Position numbers and translations under genes: made by a program. Positions 55,036 to 63,131 of a stretch of DNA of 64,000 bases are shown piece by piece; the first letter of the stretch is position 1; every line of letters starts with the position of its first letter. The notes beneath the pieces are model-generated. The model was not told where the DNA came from. It worked only from the letters and a program-made list of their open reading frames with translations, and did not search any database. Source of the DNA: Acidimicrobiales bacterium (lineage in GTDB: Bacteria > Actinomycetota > Acidimicrobiia > Acidimicrobiales > RAAP-2). Location: NCBI GenBank assembly GCA_035569695.1, contig DATMMO010000182.1:3284-67283 (forward strand), in the 5' to 3' direction.

Positions 55036-55244
55036 GTCCCCAACCCCCTGAGCAGTGGACGGCCCCGACGGGTCGCGTCCAAAGTGTGCCACCAACGCGG
55101 ACACGATTGCACAGGGCAGTTCGTTGGATGACTCGACAGGCGTGACCGACCGACAGACCGTCAGATCAGTCAAACCCGGTGCGGTGCGGCGCGAGACGAA
55201 TGGCTACGCTGCCTCACCGCAAGCCGATCGGAAGGATCGAAACA

Positions 55245-56015
55245 GTGACGGACACACCCCAGTTCCAGCGGATCAAGCTGTCCCGGACGGGGAGGACGGC
55301 CGTGCTCACCCTGGCCAGCGACAAGGTGAACGCCCTGGATCGAGACGTGCTGGACGAGGTGACCGCGTGTGTCGATCGGTGCGAACGCGACCCGGACATC
55401 GGTGCCCTCGTCGTCACCGGTGCGGGCTCCCTCTTCTCGGCCGGGGTCAATGTCAAAGACGTCCTGGACAACGACACGGCCCACACCGGGGAGCTCCTGA
55501 GCGCACTGAGCACGGCGGTGGTGAGCCTGTTCCGGTGCTCGAAACCAACGGTGGCCGCCATCAACGGATCGGCCATCGCCGGTGGTTGCCTGCTGGCCTG
55601 TGCCTGCGACCAGCGGCTCGTGGCCGACGACGCCCGGATCGGCGTGACCGAGCTCCGGGTCGGGGTGGCCTTTCCCACCTTTGCCATCGAGCTGCTCAAG
55701 CATGCCTGTGGCCCCAAGGCCGAACAACTGGTGTTCGATGCCCGATTGCTGGATGCCGACGAGGCATGCCGATTCGGTCTGGCCCATCGATGCCTGCCCC
55801 GATCCGAGCTCGACGCCGCGGCGATGGCCTCGGCCGAGCAGCTGGCCTCGCTCGACGCTCGGGCCTATGGATTGGCCAAAGCGTCGATCCGCCGGGCGGC
55901 GCTGTCGGCCATGGACGACGAGGTCGGCCGCCTGCTCGACCGGCAGGTGAGCGGGCACTGGCAGGCCGACCAGACCAGGGCCAACCTGGAGCGGTTGCTC
56001 AAGCCGAAGGGCTAG
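55245..56015 (+). CDS. Enoyl-CoA hydratase/isomerase family protein
   Basis: AVLTLASDKVNALD...VVTGAGSLFSAGVN...AAINGSAIAGGC. GTG 55245 with a GGAAGGA Shine-Dalgarno, and ATG 55200 as an alternative. Confidence 0.75.
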   Translation: MTDTPQFQRIKLSRTGRTAVLTLASDKVNALDRDVLDEVTACVDRCERDPDIGALVVTGAGSLFSAGVNVKDVLDNDTAHTGELLSALSTAVVSLFRCSKPTVAAINGSAIAGGCLLACACDQRLVADDARIGVTELRVGVAFPTFAIELLKHACGPKAEQLVFDARLLDADEACRFGLAHRCLPRSELDAAAMASAEQLASLDARAYGLAKASIRRAALSAMDDEVGRLLDRQVSGHWQADQTRANLERLLKPKG

Positions 56016-56019
56016 ACAC

Positions 56020-56200
56020 ACCCCGGCCGTGGCTGGCCGCACCGGGCCGGGCGCCGCCCCATCGGTTCAGGTAGCAGACCTCCTCCAGAGGCCTTCGGTC
56101 GGCCGGCTTCAAGTCGGTTCCGGTGTAGTAGGCCACGGGCAGCAGGCAGGCCTGGGCGTAGCCCCGGGGGAATACCCAAGAGCTCTCGACGGTGTGGAGA
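56020..56200 (-). pseudogene. Remnant of a nitroreductase-family gene (C-terminal part only, frameshifted)
   Basis: Minus-strand frames give ..RELLGIPPG and, one frame over, GYAQACLLPVAYYTGTDLKPADRRPLEEVCYLNRWG. Compare the intact paralog end ..LLGIPDG...RRRPLSELVYSEEWG at 41454-42209. Confidence 0.4.
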
Positions 56201-56222
56201 GCAGCCGGTCGACGGTGTGGAG
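56186..56222. repeat. 14-bp direct repeat TCGACGGTGTGGAG x2 with a 23-bp period
   Basis: Read directly at 56186-56199 and 56209-56222, inside the nitroreductase remnant. Confidence 0.85.
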
Positions 56223-56244
56223 GTCGAACCCACCGGTTGCGCGC

Positions 56245-56676
56245 TCAGACGGCGCCATCAGCGGTCCTGGTCCACCGGGCCGCCCCCAGGTCGACAATGA
56301 TGAGGCGATCGGCAAAACGCCAGCTCCCGTCCACCTTCTCGAACCGGTCGACGTACTGACCCGAGAGCATGACGTCGATCCCCCCGGTCGGCACCTGGCG
56401 CAGCACGGTCCAGTAGCAGTGCGAGGTGGCCGAGGACGACTCCGCCTCGACAGCAACGGTCAGGTTGGTCAGGAGGTGCTTGGTTGGCGCGGTGCCGTCC
56501 GCGGCCAGGCGCTGGTACACCGGCCTGATCTCATCGCTCCCGCGCAGCACCGAACCGTTGGGCTCCGATCGCAGGGTCGAGTGCTCGAACAGGGCCACCA
56601 CCGCCTCGGTATCGCCCCCATCGAGCAGCAGGGCGTAGGAGTGCACGAGCGCGGTGATCTCATCCGTATCGGACAT
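56245..56676 (-). CDS. NTF2/SnoaL-fold protein
   Basis: 143 aa. ITALVHSYALLLDGGDTEAVVALF... is a SnoaL-like N-terminus. The start ATG shares 1 nt with the epoxide hydrolase stop. Confidence 0.7.
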   Translation of the reverse strand: MSDTDEITALVHSYALLLDGGDTEAVVALFEHSTLRSEPNGSVLRGSDEIRPVYQRLAADGTAPTKHLLTNLTVAVEAESSSATSHCYWTVLRQVPTGGIDVMLSGQYVDRFEKVDGSWRFADRLIIVDLGAARWTRTADGAV

Positions 56677-57827
56677 CAGGTACCTCGCACCGTTGCGAAG
56701 AACTGGCGGAGATCGCCGACGAACAGCTCGGGCTGCTCCATCGCCGCGAAGTGGCCGCCGCGGGGCATGTCGGCCCAGTGGGTCACGTTGTACTGCCGCT
56801 CGACCCACGACCGGGGCCACCGCAGGATCTCTTTCGGATAGCGAGCCACGCCGGTGGGAACAGTGATGAAGGGCGGCGGCTCGGCCAGCGCGTCGCCGTG
56901 ATTCCTCTCCCAGTACAGCCGGGCCGAAGAGGTGGCGGTCTGGGTCGCCCAGTACAGCATCACGTTGGTGAGCAACTGGTCTCTCGTGAAGCAATTCTCC
57001 GGGTGACCGTCGCAGTCGCTCCAGGCCCGGAACTTCTCCACGATCCAGGCCAGCAGCCCGGCGGGCGAGTCGTTGAGGGAGACACCCAGGGTCTGGGGCT
57101 TGGTCCCCTGCTCGTTGGCATAGCCGGCTTCCTCCCGTTGAAAGCGTTGCATGGCGGCCAGGTCGCCCTCTTCCACCTCGGTGAGCGGTGCGCCATCTTT
57201 CGACGGCGTTCCGATGGGCATGTTGAGGTGGATGGCGGCGCAGTGTTCGGGGTCGAGCACACCGATCCGGGTGGTCACCTGGGCGCCCCAGTCGCCACCT
57301 TGGGCCATATAGCGCCCATATCCCAGCCTGCTCATCAGGACGACGAAGGCCTGGGCGATGCGCCGGACATCCCAGCCGGGCGTCCGTGGCGGCTCGGAGA
57401 AGCCGTATCCGGGCAGGGACGGGACGACCACGTGAAAGGCGTCGGCCGCCTCCCCGCCGTAGGCCTCCGGATCGGTGAGCCGAGGGATGACGTCCTGGAA
57501 CTCGACCACCGATCCCGGCCAGCCGTGGGTGAGCAGGATGGGCATGGCGTCGACATGATGCGAGCGGGCGTGGATGAAATGGATCTGCTGCCGGTCGATG
57601 GTTGTCCGGAAGTGGGCCAGCTCGTTCAGCCGCGCCTCCTGTGACCGCCAGTCGTAGGTGTGGCGCCAGTACTCCACCAACTCCTGCAGGTAATCGACGG
57701 GGATCCCGTACTCCCAGCCCGTGCCCTCGATCTGGTCCGGGAATCGAGTCCGGCCCAGACGATCATCCAGGTCCTGGAGCACCGAGTCGTCCACGTCGAC
57801 CCGGAATGTCTCGACCGTCTCGCTCAT
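56676..57827 (-). CDS. Epoxide hydrolase (EHN N-terminal domain plus alpha/beta fold)
   Basis: FRVDV.DSVL.DL..RL..TRFP...W.YG...DYL.ELV.YW...YDWR..E..LN...HF...I....IHFIH...LLTHGWPGS. Confidence 0.85.
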   Translation of the reverse strand: MSETVETFRVDVDDSVLQDLDDRLGRTRFPDQIEGTGWEYGIPVDYLQELVEYWRHTYDWRSQEARLNELAHFRTTIDRQQIHFIHARSHHVDAMPILLTHGWPGSVVEFQDVIPRLTDPEAYGGEAADAFHVVVPSLPGYGFSEPPRTPGWDVRRIAQAFVVLMSRLGYGRYMAQGGDWGAQVTTRIGVLDPEHCAAIHLNMPIGTPSKDGAPLTEVEEGDLAAMQRFQREEAGYANEQGTKPQTLGVSLNDSPAGLLAWIVEKFRAWSDCDGHPENCFTRDQLLTNVMLYWATQTATSSARLYWERNHGDALAEPPPFITVPTGVARYPKEILRWPRSWVERQYNVTHWADMPRGGHFAAMEQPELFVGDLRQFFATVRGT

Positions 57828-58007
57828 CGCTCGCCACCGGCTTTCCTCGTGTGGCCCACCAGTCGAATCAGGTCGCAGCGGTGCCGTCAAGTACCCGCTT
57901 CGAATTCGAGGGCGGGTGCCAACGGCGGTCTTCGGTTATCTTCCGGACTCACGAGAGGCACCACGAACGTGTTGTGGACCCGTGCCACCCGACTGGAGGA
58001 GTTGCAT

Positions 58008-58796
58008 ATGGCCCATGAACTGTCAGGGAAGGTCGCGATCATCACCGGGGGCGCCAGCGGGATCGGCCTGGCCACCGCCGAGCTCTTCGTGGCCGAGGGA
58101 GCCAAGGTGGTCATTGCCGATGTGGACGCCACCCGCGGCCAGGAGGTCGCCGCCGGCCTGGGTGATACCGCTGTGTTCAAACAGACCGATGTGGCCGATG
58201 TCGATGACGTCCAGAACCTGGTCGACTTGGCCATCGGCCAGTTCGGCGGGCTCCACGTCATGTTCAACAACGCCGGCATACCCAGCTCCTTCGACCGCTT
58301 CCTGACCAATGACCTGTCCGACTTCGACCGGGTGATGGCGGTGAACCTGTACGGAACGATGGTGGGCAGTCAGCGGGCCGCTCGCCATATGGCCGAGCAC
58401 GGCGGAGGATCGATCATCAACAACTCATCGATCGGCGCCCTCACCGGTGGGGCCATGCCGCTGGCGTACCGCATCTCCAAAGGGGCGGTCATCCAATTCA
58501 GCCGGTCGATTGCCATCGACTTGGCCGACCACGGCATACGGGTGAACTGCATCGCCCCGGGCCACATTCCCACCGGCATCACCAACTACGACCTCAATCG
58601 AACCATCGAGCTCACCCAACCGCTGCAGCGCCACGGTGCACCCGAGGATGTGGCCAACGCCGTCCTGTTCCTGGCCAGCGACCGATCGGCGCAGATCACC
58701 GGGATCGTCATGCCCGTGGACGGGGGGACGGTAGCCGGGCCTCCGGTGAACCAGTTCAGACTGCTGAGGGCAGCCATGAAGGAAAGCCGCCCCTGA
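58008..58796 (+). CDS. SDR family oxidoreductase
   Basis: AIITGGASGIG, NNAG, YRISK. GGAGGAG Shine-Dalgarno before ATG 58008. Confidence 0.85.
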   Translation: MAHELSGKVAIITGGASGIGLATAELFVAEGAKVVIADVDATRGQEVAAGLGDTAVFKQTDVADVDDVQNLVDLAIGQFGGLHVMFNNAGIPSSFDRFLTNDLSDFDRVMAVNLYGTMVGSQRAARHMAEHGGGSIINNSSIGALTGGAMPLAYRISKGAVIQFSRSIAIDLADHGIRVNCIAPGHIPTGITNYDLNRTIELTQPLQRHGAPEDVANAVLFLASDRSAQITGIVMPVDGGTVAGPPVNQFRLLRAAMKESRP

Positions 58797-58844
58797 CGGC
58801 TCACACTGCCTGGCTGCGATCTGACGAGCCCCGGGCAACACGGC

Positions 58845-58930
58845 TACTATTGATACCGATGTCAAAAAAACATTGGCGCCCGCCTGTGCGTCCGGGCCCG
58901 CGGTGGCGGGGGGAATCGGCAGAGCGATAA
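58845..58930 (+). promoter_or_regulatory. AT-rich promoter islet: -10-like TACTAT, then G-ATG-TCA-AAA micro-ORF (MSKKHWRPPVRPGPRWRGESAER*)
   Basis: Read directly. Contains the imperfect inverted repeat TTGATaccgatGTCAA (58850-58865). It is upstream of the P450-BVMO-P450 operon. Confidence 0.3.
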
Positions 58931-58996
58931 GGGTTCTTGGAAGAATCGGGTGTGTAGCTCCGGCTTCCTGGCCCGGGCATGGCAAGGGGAGGGTTC

Positions 58997-60190
58997 ATGG
59001 CAACCGCAACATCCGACATCTATTACGACCCCTACGACTTCGAGATCGACGCCGATCCCTACCGCGTCTGGAAGCGGCTCCGGGACGAGGCGCCCCTGTA
59101 CTACAACGAGAAGTACGACTTCTACGCCCTCAGTCGCTTCGACGACGTGGAGCGTGGCCTCTCCGATTGGCAGACCTACAGCTCGGCCGAGGGATCCGTT
59201 CTCGAGGTGATCAAGGCCAAGATGGAGATGCCGCCGGGGCTCTTCATCTTCGAGGACCCTCCCCAGCACGACCTGCACCGGGGTCTGCTCAGCCGGGTGT
59301 TCACCCCCCGGCGCCTGGCCTCGATCGAACCCCAGGTCAGGGAGTTCTGCGCTCGCAGCTTGGACCCGCTCGTCGGCTCGCCCGGGTTCGATTTCATCAA
59401 GGACCTCGGCGCCCAGATGCCCATGCGGACGATCGGCATGCTCCTGGGCATCCCCGAAGACGACCAGGAGGCCATCCGCGACCGGCTCGACGACGGCCTC
59501 AGGCTCGAGGACGGCGTGATGCCGGAATCGGCGGTGAGCGGTGGCATGGGGATGGAGTTCGCCGAGTACATCGACTGGCGAGCCGACCACCCCTCCGACG
59601 ATCTGATGACCGAGCTCTTGCAGGCCGAGTTCACCGACGAGGACGGGTCCACCCGGACCCTGACCCGGGATGAGATCCTCGGCTACATCGGCCTGCTGGC
59701 CGGAGCCGGAAACGAGACCACCACCCGGCTCATCGGCTGGACGGGCAAGCTCCTGGCCGAACACCCCGATCAGCGCGACGAGCTGGTGGCCAACCCGGAC
59801 CTCATTCCCAACGCCATCGAGGAGATCCTCCGCTTCGAGCCGCCCTCCCCCGTCCAGGCCCGGCTGGTCACCGCCGATGCCGAGTGGCACGGCCAGACCG
59901 TGCCCGGTGGAAGCATCGTCCTCTTGCTCAACGCCTCGGCCAACCGCGATGAACGCAGGTACGAGGATCCCGATCGCCTCGACATCCACCGAGAGAGCGG
60001 GCGGCACCTGACCTTCGGCTACGGCATCCACTTCTGCCTCGGGGCCCATCTGGCCCGAATGGAGGGACGGGTCGCCCTCGAAGAGGTGCTGAAGCGCTTC
60101 CCCCACTGGGAGATCGACTGGGACAACGCCGTCCAGGCCCGGACATCGACGGTGCGAGGTTGGGACACCCTGCCCGTCCTCACCTCATGA
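58997..60190 (+). CDS. Cytochrome P450
   Basis: AGNETT, EILRFEPP (ExxR), FGYGIHFCLGAHLA. GGGGAGGG Shine-Dalgarno before ATG 58997. Confidence 0.9.
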   Translation: MATATSDIYYDPYDFEIDADPYRVWKRLRDEAPLYYNEKYDFYALSRFDDVERGLSDWQTYSSAEGSVLEVIKAKMEMPPGLFIFEDPPQHDLHRGLLSRVFTPRRLASIEPQVREFCARSLDPLVGSPGFDFIKDLGAQMPMRTIGMLLGIPEDDQEAIRDRLDDGLRLEDGVMPESAVSGGMGMEFAEYIDWRADHPSDDLMTELLQAEFTDEDGSTRTLTRDEILGYIGLLAGAGNETTTRLIGWTGKLLAEHPDQRDELVANPDLIPNAIEEILRFEPPSPVQARLVTADAEWHGQTVPGGSIVLLLNASANRDERRYEDPDRLDIHRESGRHLTFGYGIHFCLGAHLARMEGRVALEEVLKRFPHWEIDWDNAVQARTSTVRGWDTLPVLTS

Positions 60191-60236
60191 ACGGCGATCC
60201 CCCGACCCCCTCCGAGCCTGGCCCGGACCAGCAGCG

Positions 60237-61802
60237 GTGAACCCCACGGCCACCGGGCTGTTCGGTCCGACCGGGACACCACGGGTGGCCATCATCGGCG
60301 CCGGGTTCGGTGGGATCGGTGCCGGCGTGAAGTTGAAGCAAGCGGGCCTCGACGCCTTCATCATCTACGAGGAATCCCTCGGGGTGGGCGGTACCTGGTG
60401 GGACAACACCTACCCGGGCGCCGAGGTCGATGTGCACTCGAACCTCTATTCCTATTCGTTCAAGTCCCAGGCCTGGACCCGTACCCATGCCGGGCAAGCC
60501 GAACTACAGCAGTACCTGGAGGACACCGTCGACGAGTACGGCCTCCGACCCCACCTCCAGCTCGGCACTGCCGTCCGGTCAGCCACCTGGGACGGGGAGC
60601 GCCACGTTTGGCACGTGGTCCTCGACACCGGATCCACCCACGACTTCCATGCGGTGATCAGTGCCGTCGGGTTCCTCAACGTTCCCCGCTATCCGGACTG
60701 GCCCGGCCTGGACAGCTTCGAGGGACCCCTCTTCCACACTTCTCGATGGGAGCACGACCACGACCTGTCCGACAAGGTCGTGGCCGTCGTGGGCAGCGGC
60801 TCCACCGCCACCCAGGTCGTGCCGGCTCTGCAGCCCTTGGTCAAGCAGCTCTACCTGTTCCAGCGGGAGCCAGGGTGGGTGACGCCCAAGTTCGAACGCG
60901 ACCTGACCGACGAGGAGAGTGCCTTGTTGGCCAAGCCCTGGCGGCGGGCCCTGCACCGCTCGAGGTTGCGCTGGCTCATCGAGTCGAGCCTCTGGGGTGG
61001 GGCCATGTTCCGACCCGGTACCAAGCTGCATGGGCAACGGCAACAGGCATGCCTCGACTACATCGCCCGAGAGTTCGCCGACCGTCCCGACCTCCGCCAA
61101 GCCGTCACCCCCCGGTACCCCTTCCCCGGCAAGCGACCGATCATGGCCACTACCTACTATCCCGCCCTCAAGCAGGACAACGTCGAGCTGGTTCCCCGGG
61201 CCGTGTCATGCGTGACCCCTTCGGGCATCGTCGATGCCACCGGGGAGGAACGCTCCGTCGATGCCATCGTGCTGGCCACGGGATTCCAGGCCGCCAATTA
61301 TCTGGCCCGGCTCCGGGTCGTGGGGCGCACGGGCCAGAGCCTCCAGGAGCGGTGGGCCGGCGAGCCCCGGGCCTACCTCGGCATCACCGTGCCCGAGTTT
61401 CCCAACTTCTTCATGCTCTACGGGCCGGGTACCAACGGTGGGGAGCTCGTTTCCATGCTCGAGGCCCAGGCCGAGTACGCAGTGCGGGCCCTGCGGCGCA
61501 TGCAACGCCAAGGCGTCAGCGCCATCGAGGTCAGGCCGTCCTTCGAAACCCTGTGGTACGCCTGGCTGCAGTCCAAGATGAAGGGGACGTCGTGGACGAT
61601 GAGTACCAATTACTTCAAGTCGGAAACCGGGAAGATCGTGACCCAGTGGCCCTCGGGCAACCTCGTCTATCGGGCCCTGACCAAGCTGGCCGGGCGCATA
61701 TCGGAGACCTCCCTGGCCCCACCACCCGTCTCTCGTGCCCGGTCCGACGACGGGGACGACCGAGTTGTCGCGTCGCGTCCCATGGCCGGAAGCTCGTCGT
61801 GA
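60237..61802 (+). CDS. Flavin-dependent monooxygenase of Baeyer-Villiger (type I BVMO) type
   Basis: IIGAGFGGIG (FAD), FEGPLFHTSRW (FxGxxxHxxxW fingerprint), VVGSGSTATQ (NADPH). Confidence 0.85.
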   Translation: MNPTATGLFGPTGTPRVAIIGAGFGGIGAGVKLKQAGLDAFIIYEESLGVGGTWWDNTYPGAEVDVHSNLYSYSFKSQAWTRTHAGQAELQQYLEDTVDEYGLRPHLQLGTAVRSATWDGERHVWHVVLDTGSTHDFHAVISAVGFLNVPRYPDWPGLDSFEGPLFHTSRWEHDHDLSDKVVAVVGSGSTATQVVPALQPLVKQLYLFQREPGWVTPKFERDLTDEESALLAKPWRRALHRSRLRWLIESSLWGGAMFRPGTKLHGQRQQACLDYIAREFADRPDLRQAVTPRYPFPGKRPIMATTYYPALKQDNVELVPRAVSCVTPSGIVDATGEERSVDAIVLATGFQAANYLARLRVVGRTGQSLQERWAGEPRAYLGITVPEFPNFFMLYGPGTNGGELVSMLEAQAEYAVRALRRMQRQGVSAIEVRPSFETLWYAWLQSKMKGTSWTMSTNYFKSETGKIVTQWPSGNLVYRALTKLAGRISETSLAPPPVSRARSDDGDDRVVASRPMAGSSS

Positions 61803-61860
61803 CCCATCAGTCCAGTGCGAGGAGGCGGCCCGTGGGCGCGAGCCGGCAGAGGAGCCGAAC

Positions 61861-63096
61861 ATGTCCATGACCGTCGACATCGATCCCCTCGACCTGGTGG
61901 ACCCGGCCCGGTTCGCACGAGATGGCTACCCGCACCACGTGTGGACCCGGCTCCGGGCCGAGGCCCCGGTGGCCTACATCGAGCCGCCGGGTCATGCGCC
62001 GTTCTGGGCCATCACCAAGCACGCCGACGTCGTCCAGGCCGCCTCCCAGCCGCAGCTCTTTTCGAGCGCGCAGGGCATCACACTGGACCAGGACGTGAGT
62101 GGGGTGGCCGCCGCCTCGGAGATGATCGTCTACCTCGACCCGCCGCGACACGGTCCCATGCGTCAGCTGGCCAACCGCAAGTTCAGCCGGCGGGCGGTCA
62201 GGGCCAGGAGTGACGAGATCGAGCGCATCGCCCTCGACATTGTCGACAGGGCCTCCACCGGTGGCGAGCCGGGCCAGTGCGATTTCGTCGACCTGTTTGC
62301 CGCACCCCTTCCCGTCGCCGTGATCGCCTGGGTGCTGGGCGTGCCCACGCTCGATTGGGAACAGCTCTTCCGCTGGACCAACGAGATCATCGGCAAGGAG
62401 GATTCCGAATACCGAAAGGAGGGCGAGAGCCCGGGGCAGACCTCCATGCGGGCCCGCGGTGAGCTCCATCGCTACTTCGAGCAACTGGTGGCCGAGCGAC
62501 GCCAGGAGCCCCAGGACGACCTGGTCACCGAACTGGCGCAGAGCGAGATCGAGGGCCGGCCCCTGACCTCACGGCAACTCGTCTCCTACTGCGAGCTGCT
62601 GGTCGAGGCGGGCAACGAGACGGCTCGTGACGCCATCGCCGGCGGGATGCACGCCTTCTGCCAGCACCCCGAGCAGTGGGCGAAGCTCCGGGCCGAACCC
62701 GAGCTGCTCCCCGACGCCGTCGAGGAGATCCTCCGATGGGTCACGCCCATCAGCTATTTCGCCCGAACGGCCACCGAGGACTGCGAGCTGGGCGGGTCGA
62801 AGATCAGGGCCGGGGACAAGGTGGCCCTGTACTGGGCATCGGCCAACCGCGACGAGGAGGTGTTCGAGGACCCCTTCGAGTTCCGCGTCGATCGCCAACC
62901 CAACCAGCACCTGGTCTTCGGCTTCGGGCCCCACCTGTGCATGGGCGCCCACGTGGCCCGAGCCGAGCTCTCTGCCATCTTCGGCCTGTTGCTCACCCGC
63001 TTGACGTCGTTCGAGCAATCGGGTCCGGTAGAGCGTCTGAACTCGTCAATCAACGGAGCCATCAAGCATCTGCCCATCCGCTACCGGTTGTCCTAG
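61861..63096 (+). CDS. Cytochrome P450, CYP124/125/142-like N-terminal pattern
   Basis: PFWAITKHADVVQAS..LFSS...LDPPRH...; AGNETA; EILRWVTP; FGFGPHLCMGAHVA. GAGGAG Shine-Dalgarno before ATG 61861. Confidence 0.9.
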   Translation: MSMTVDIDPLDLVDPARFARDGYPHHVWTRLRAEAPVAYIEPPGHAPFWAITKHADVVQAASQPQLFSSAQGITLDQDVSGVAAASEMIVYLDPPRHGPMRQLANRKFSRRAVRARSDEIERIALDIVDRASTGGEPGQCDFVDLFAAPLPVAVIAWVLGVPTLDWEQLFRWTNEIIGKEDSEYRKEGESPGQTSMRARGELHRYFEQLVAERRQEPQDDLVTELAQSEIEGRPLTSRQLVSYCELLVEAGNETARDAIAGGMHAFCQHPEQWAKLRAEPELLPDAVEEILRWVTPISYFARTATEDCELGGSKIRAGDKVALYWASANRDEEVFEDPFEFRVDRQPNQHLVFGFGPHLCMGAHVARAELSAIFGLLLTRLTSFEQSGPVERLNSSINGAIKHLPIRYRLS

Positions 63097-63131
63097 CCGG
63101 CGGAGAGGCCGAAGGGGAAGGAACTGAGCAC

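Noticed and set aside
58859-58930. The micro-ORF MSKKHWRPPVRPGPRWRGESAER as a P450-crosslinked RiPP precursor (biarylitide/atropitide-like)
   Set aside because: Known minimal precursors lie directly adjacent to their P450 and carry Tyr/His/Trp motifs at the C-terminus. This ORF ends 66 nt upstream of the P450 start, sits in a clearly catabolic operon, and shares its first codons with two unrelated micro-ORFs. A regulatory uORF or operator is therefore more plausible. It is noted as a remote alternative in the relevant finding.
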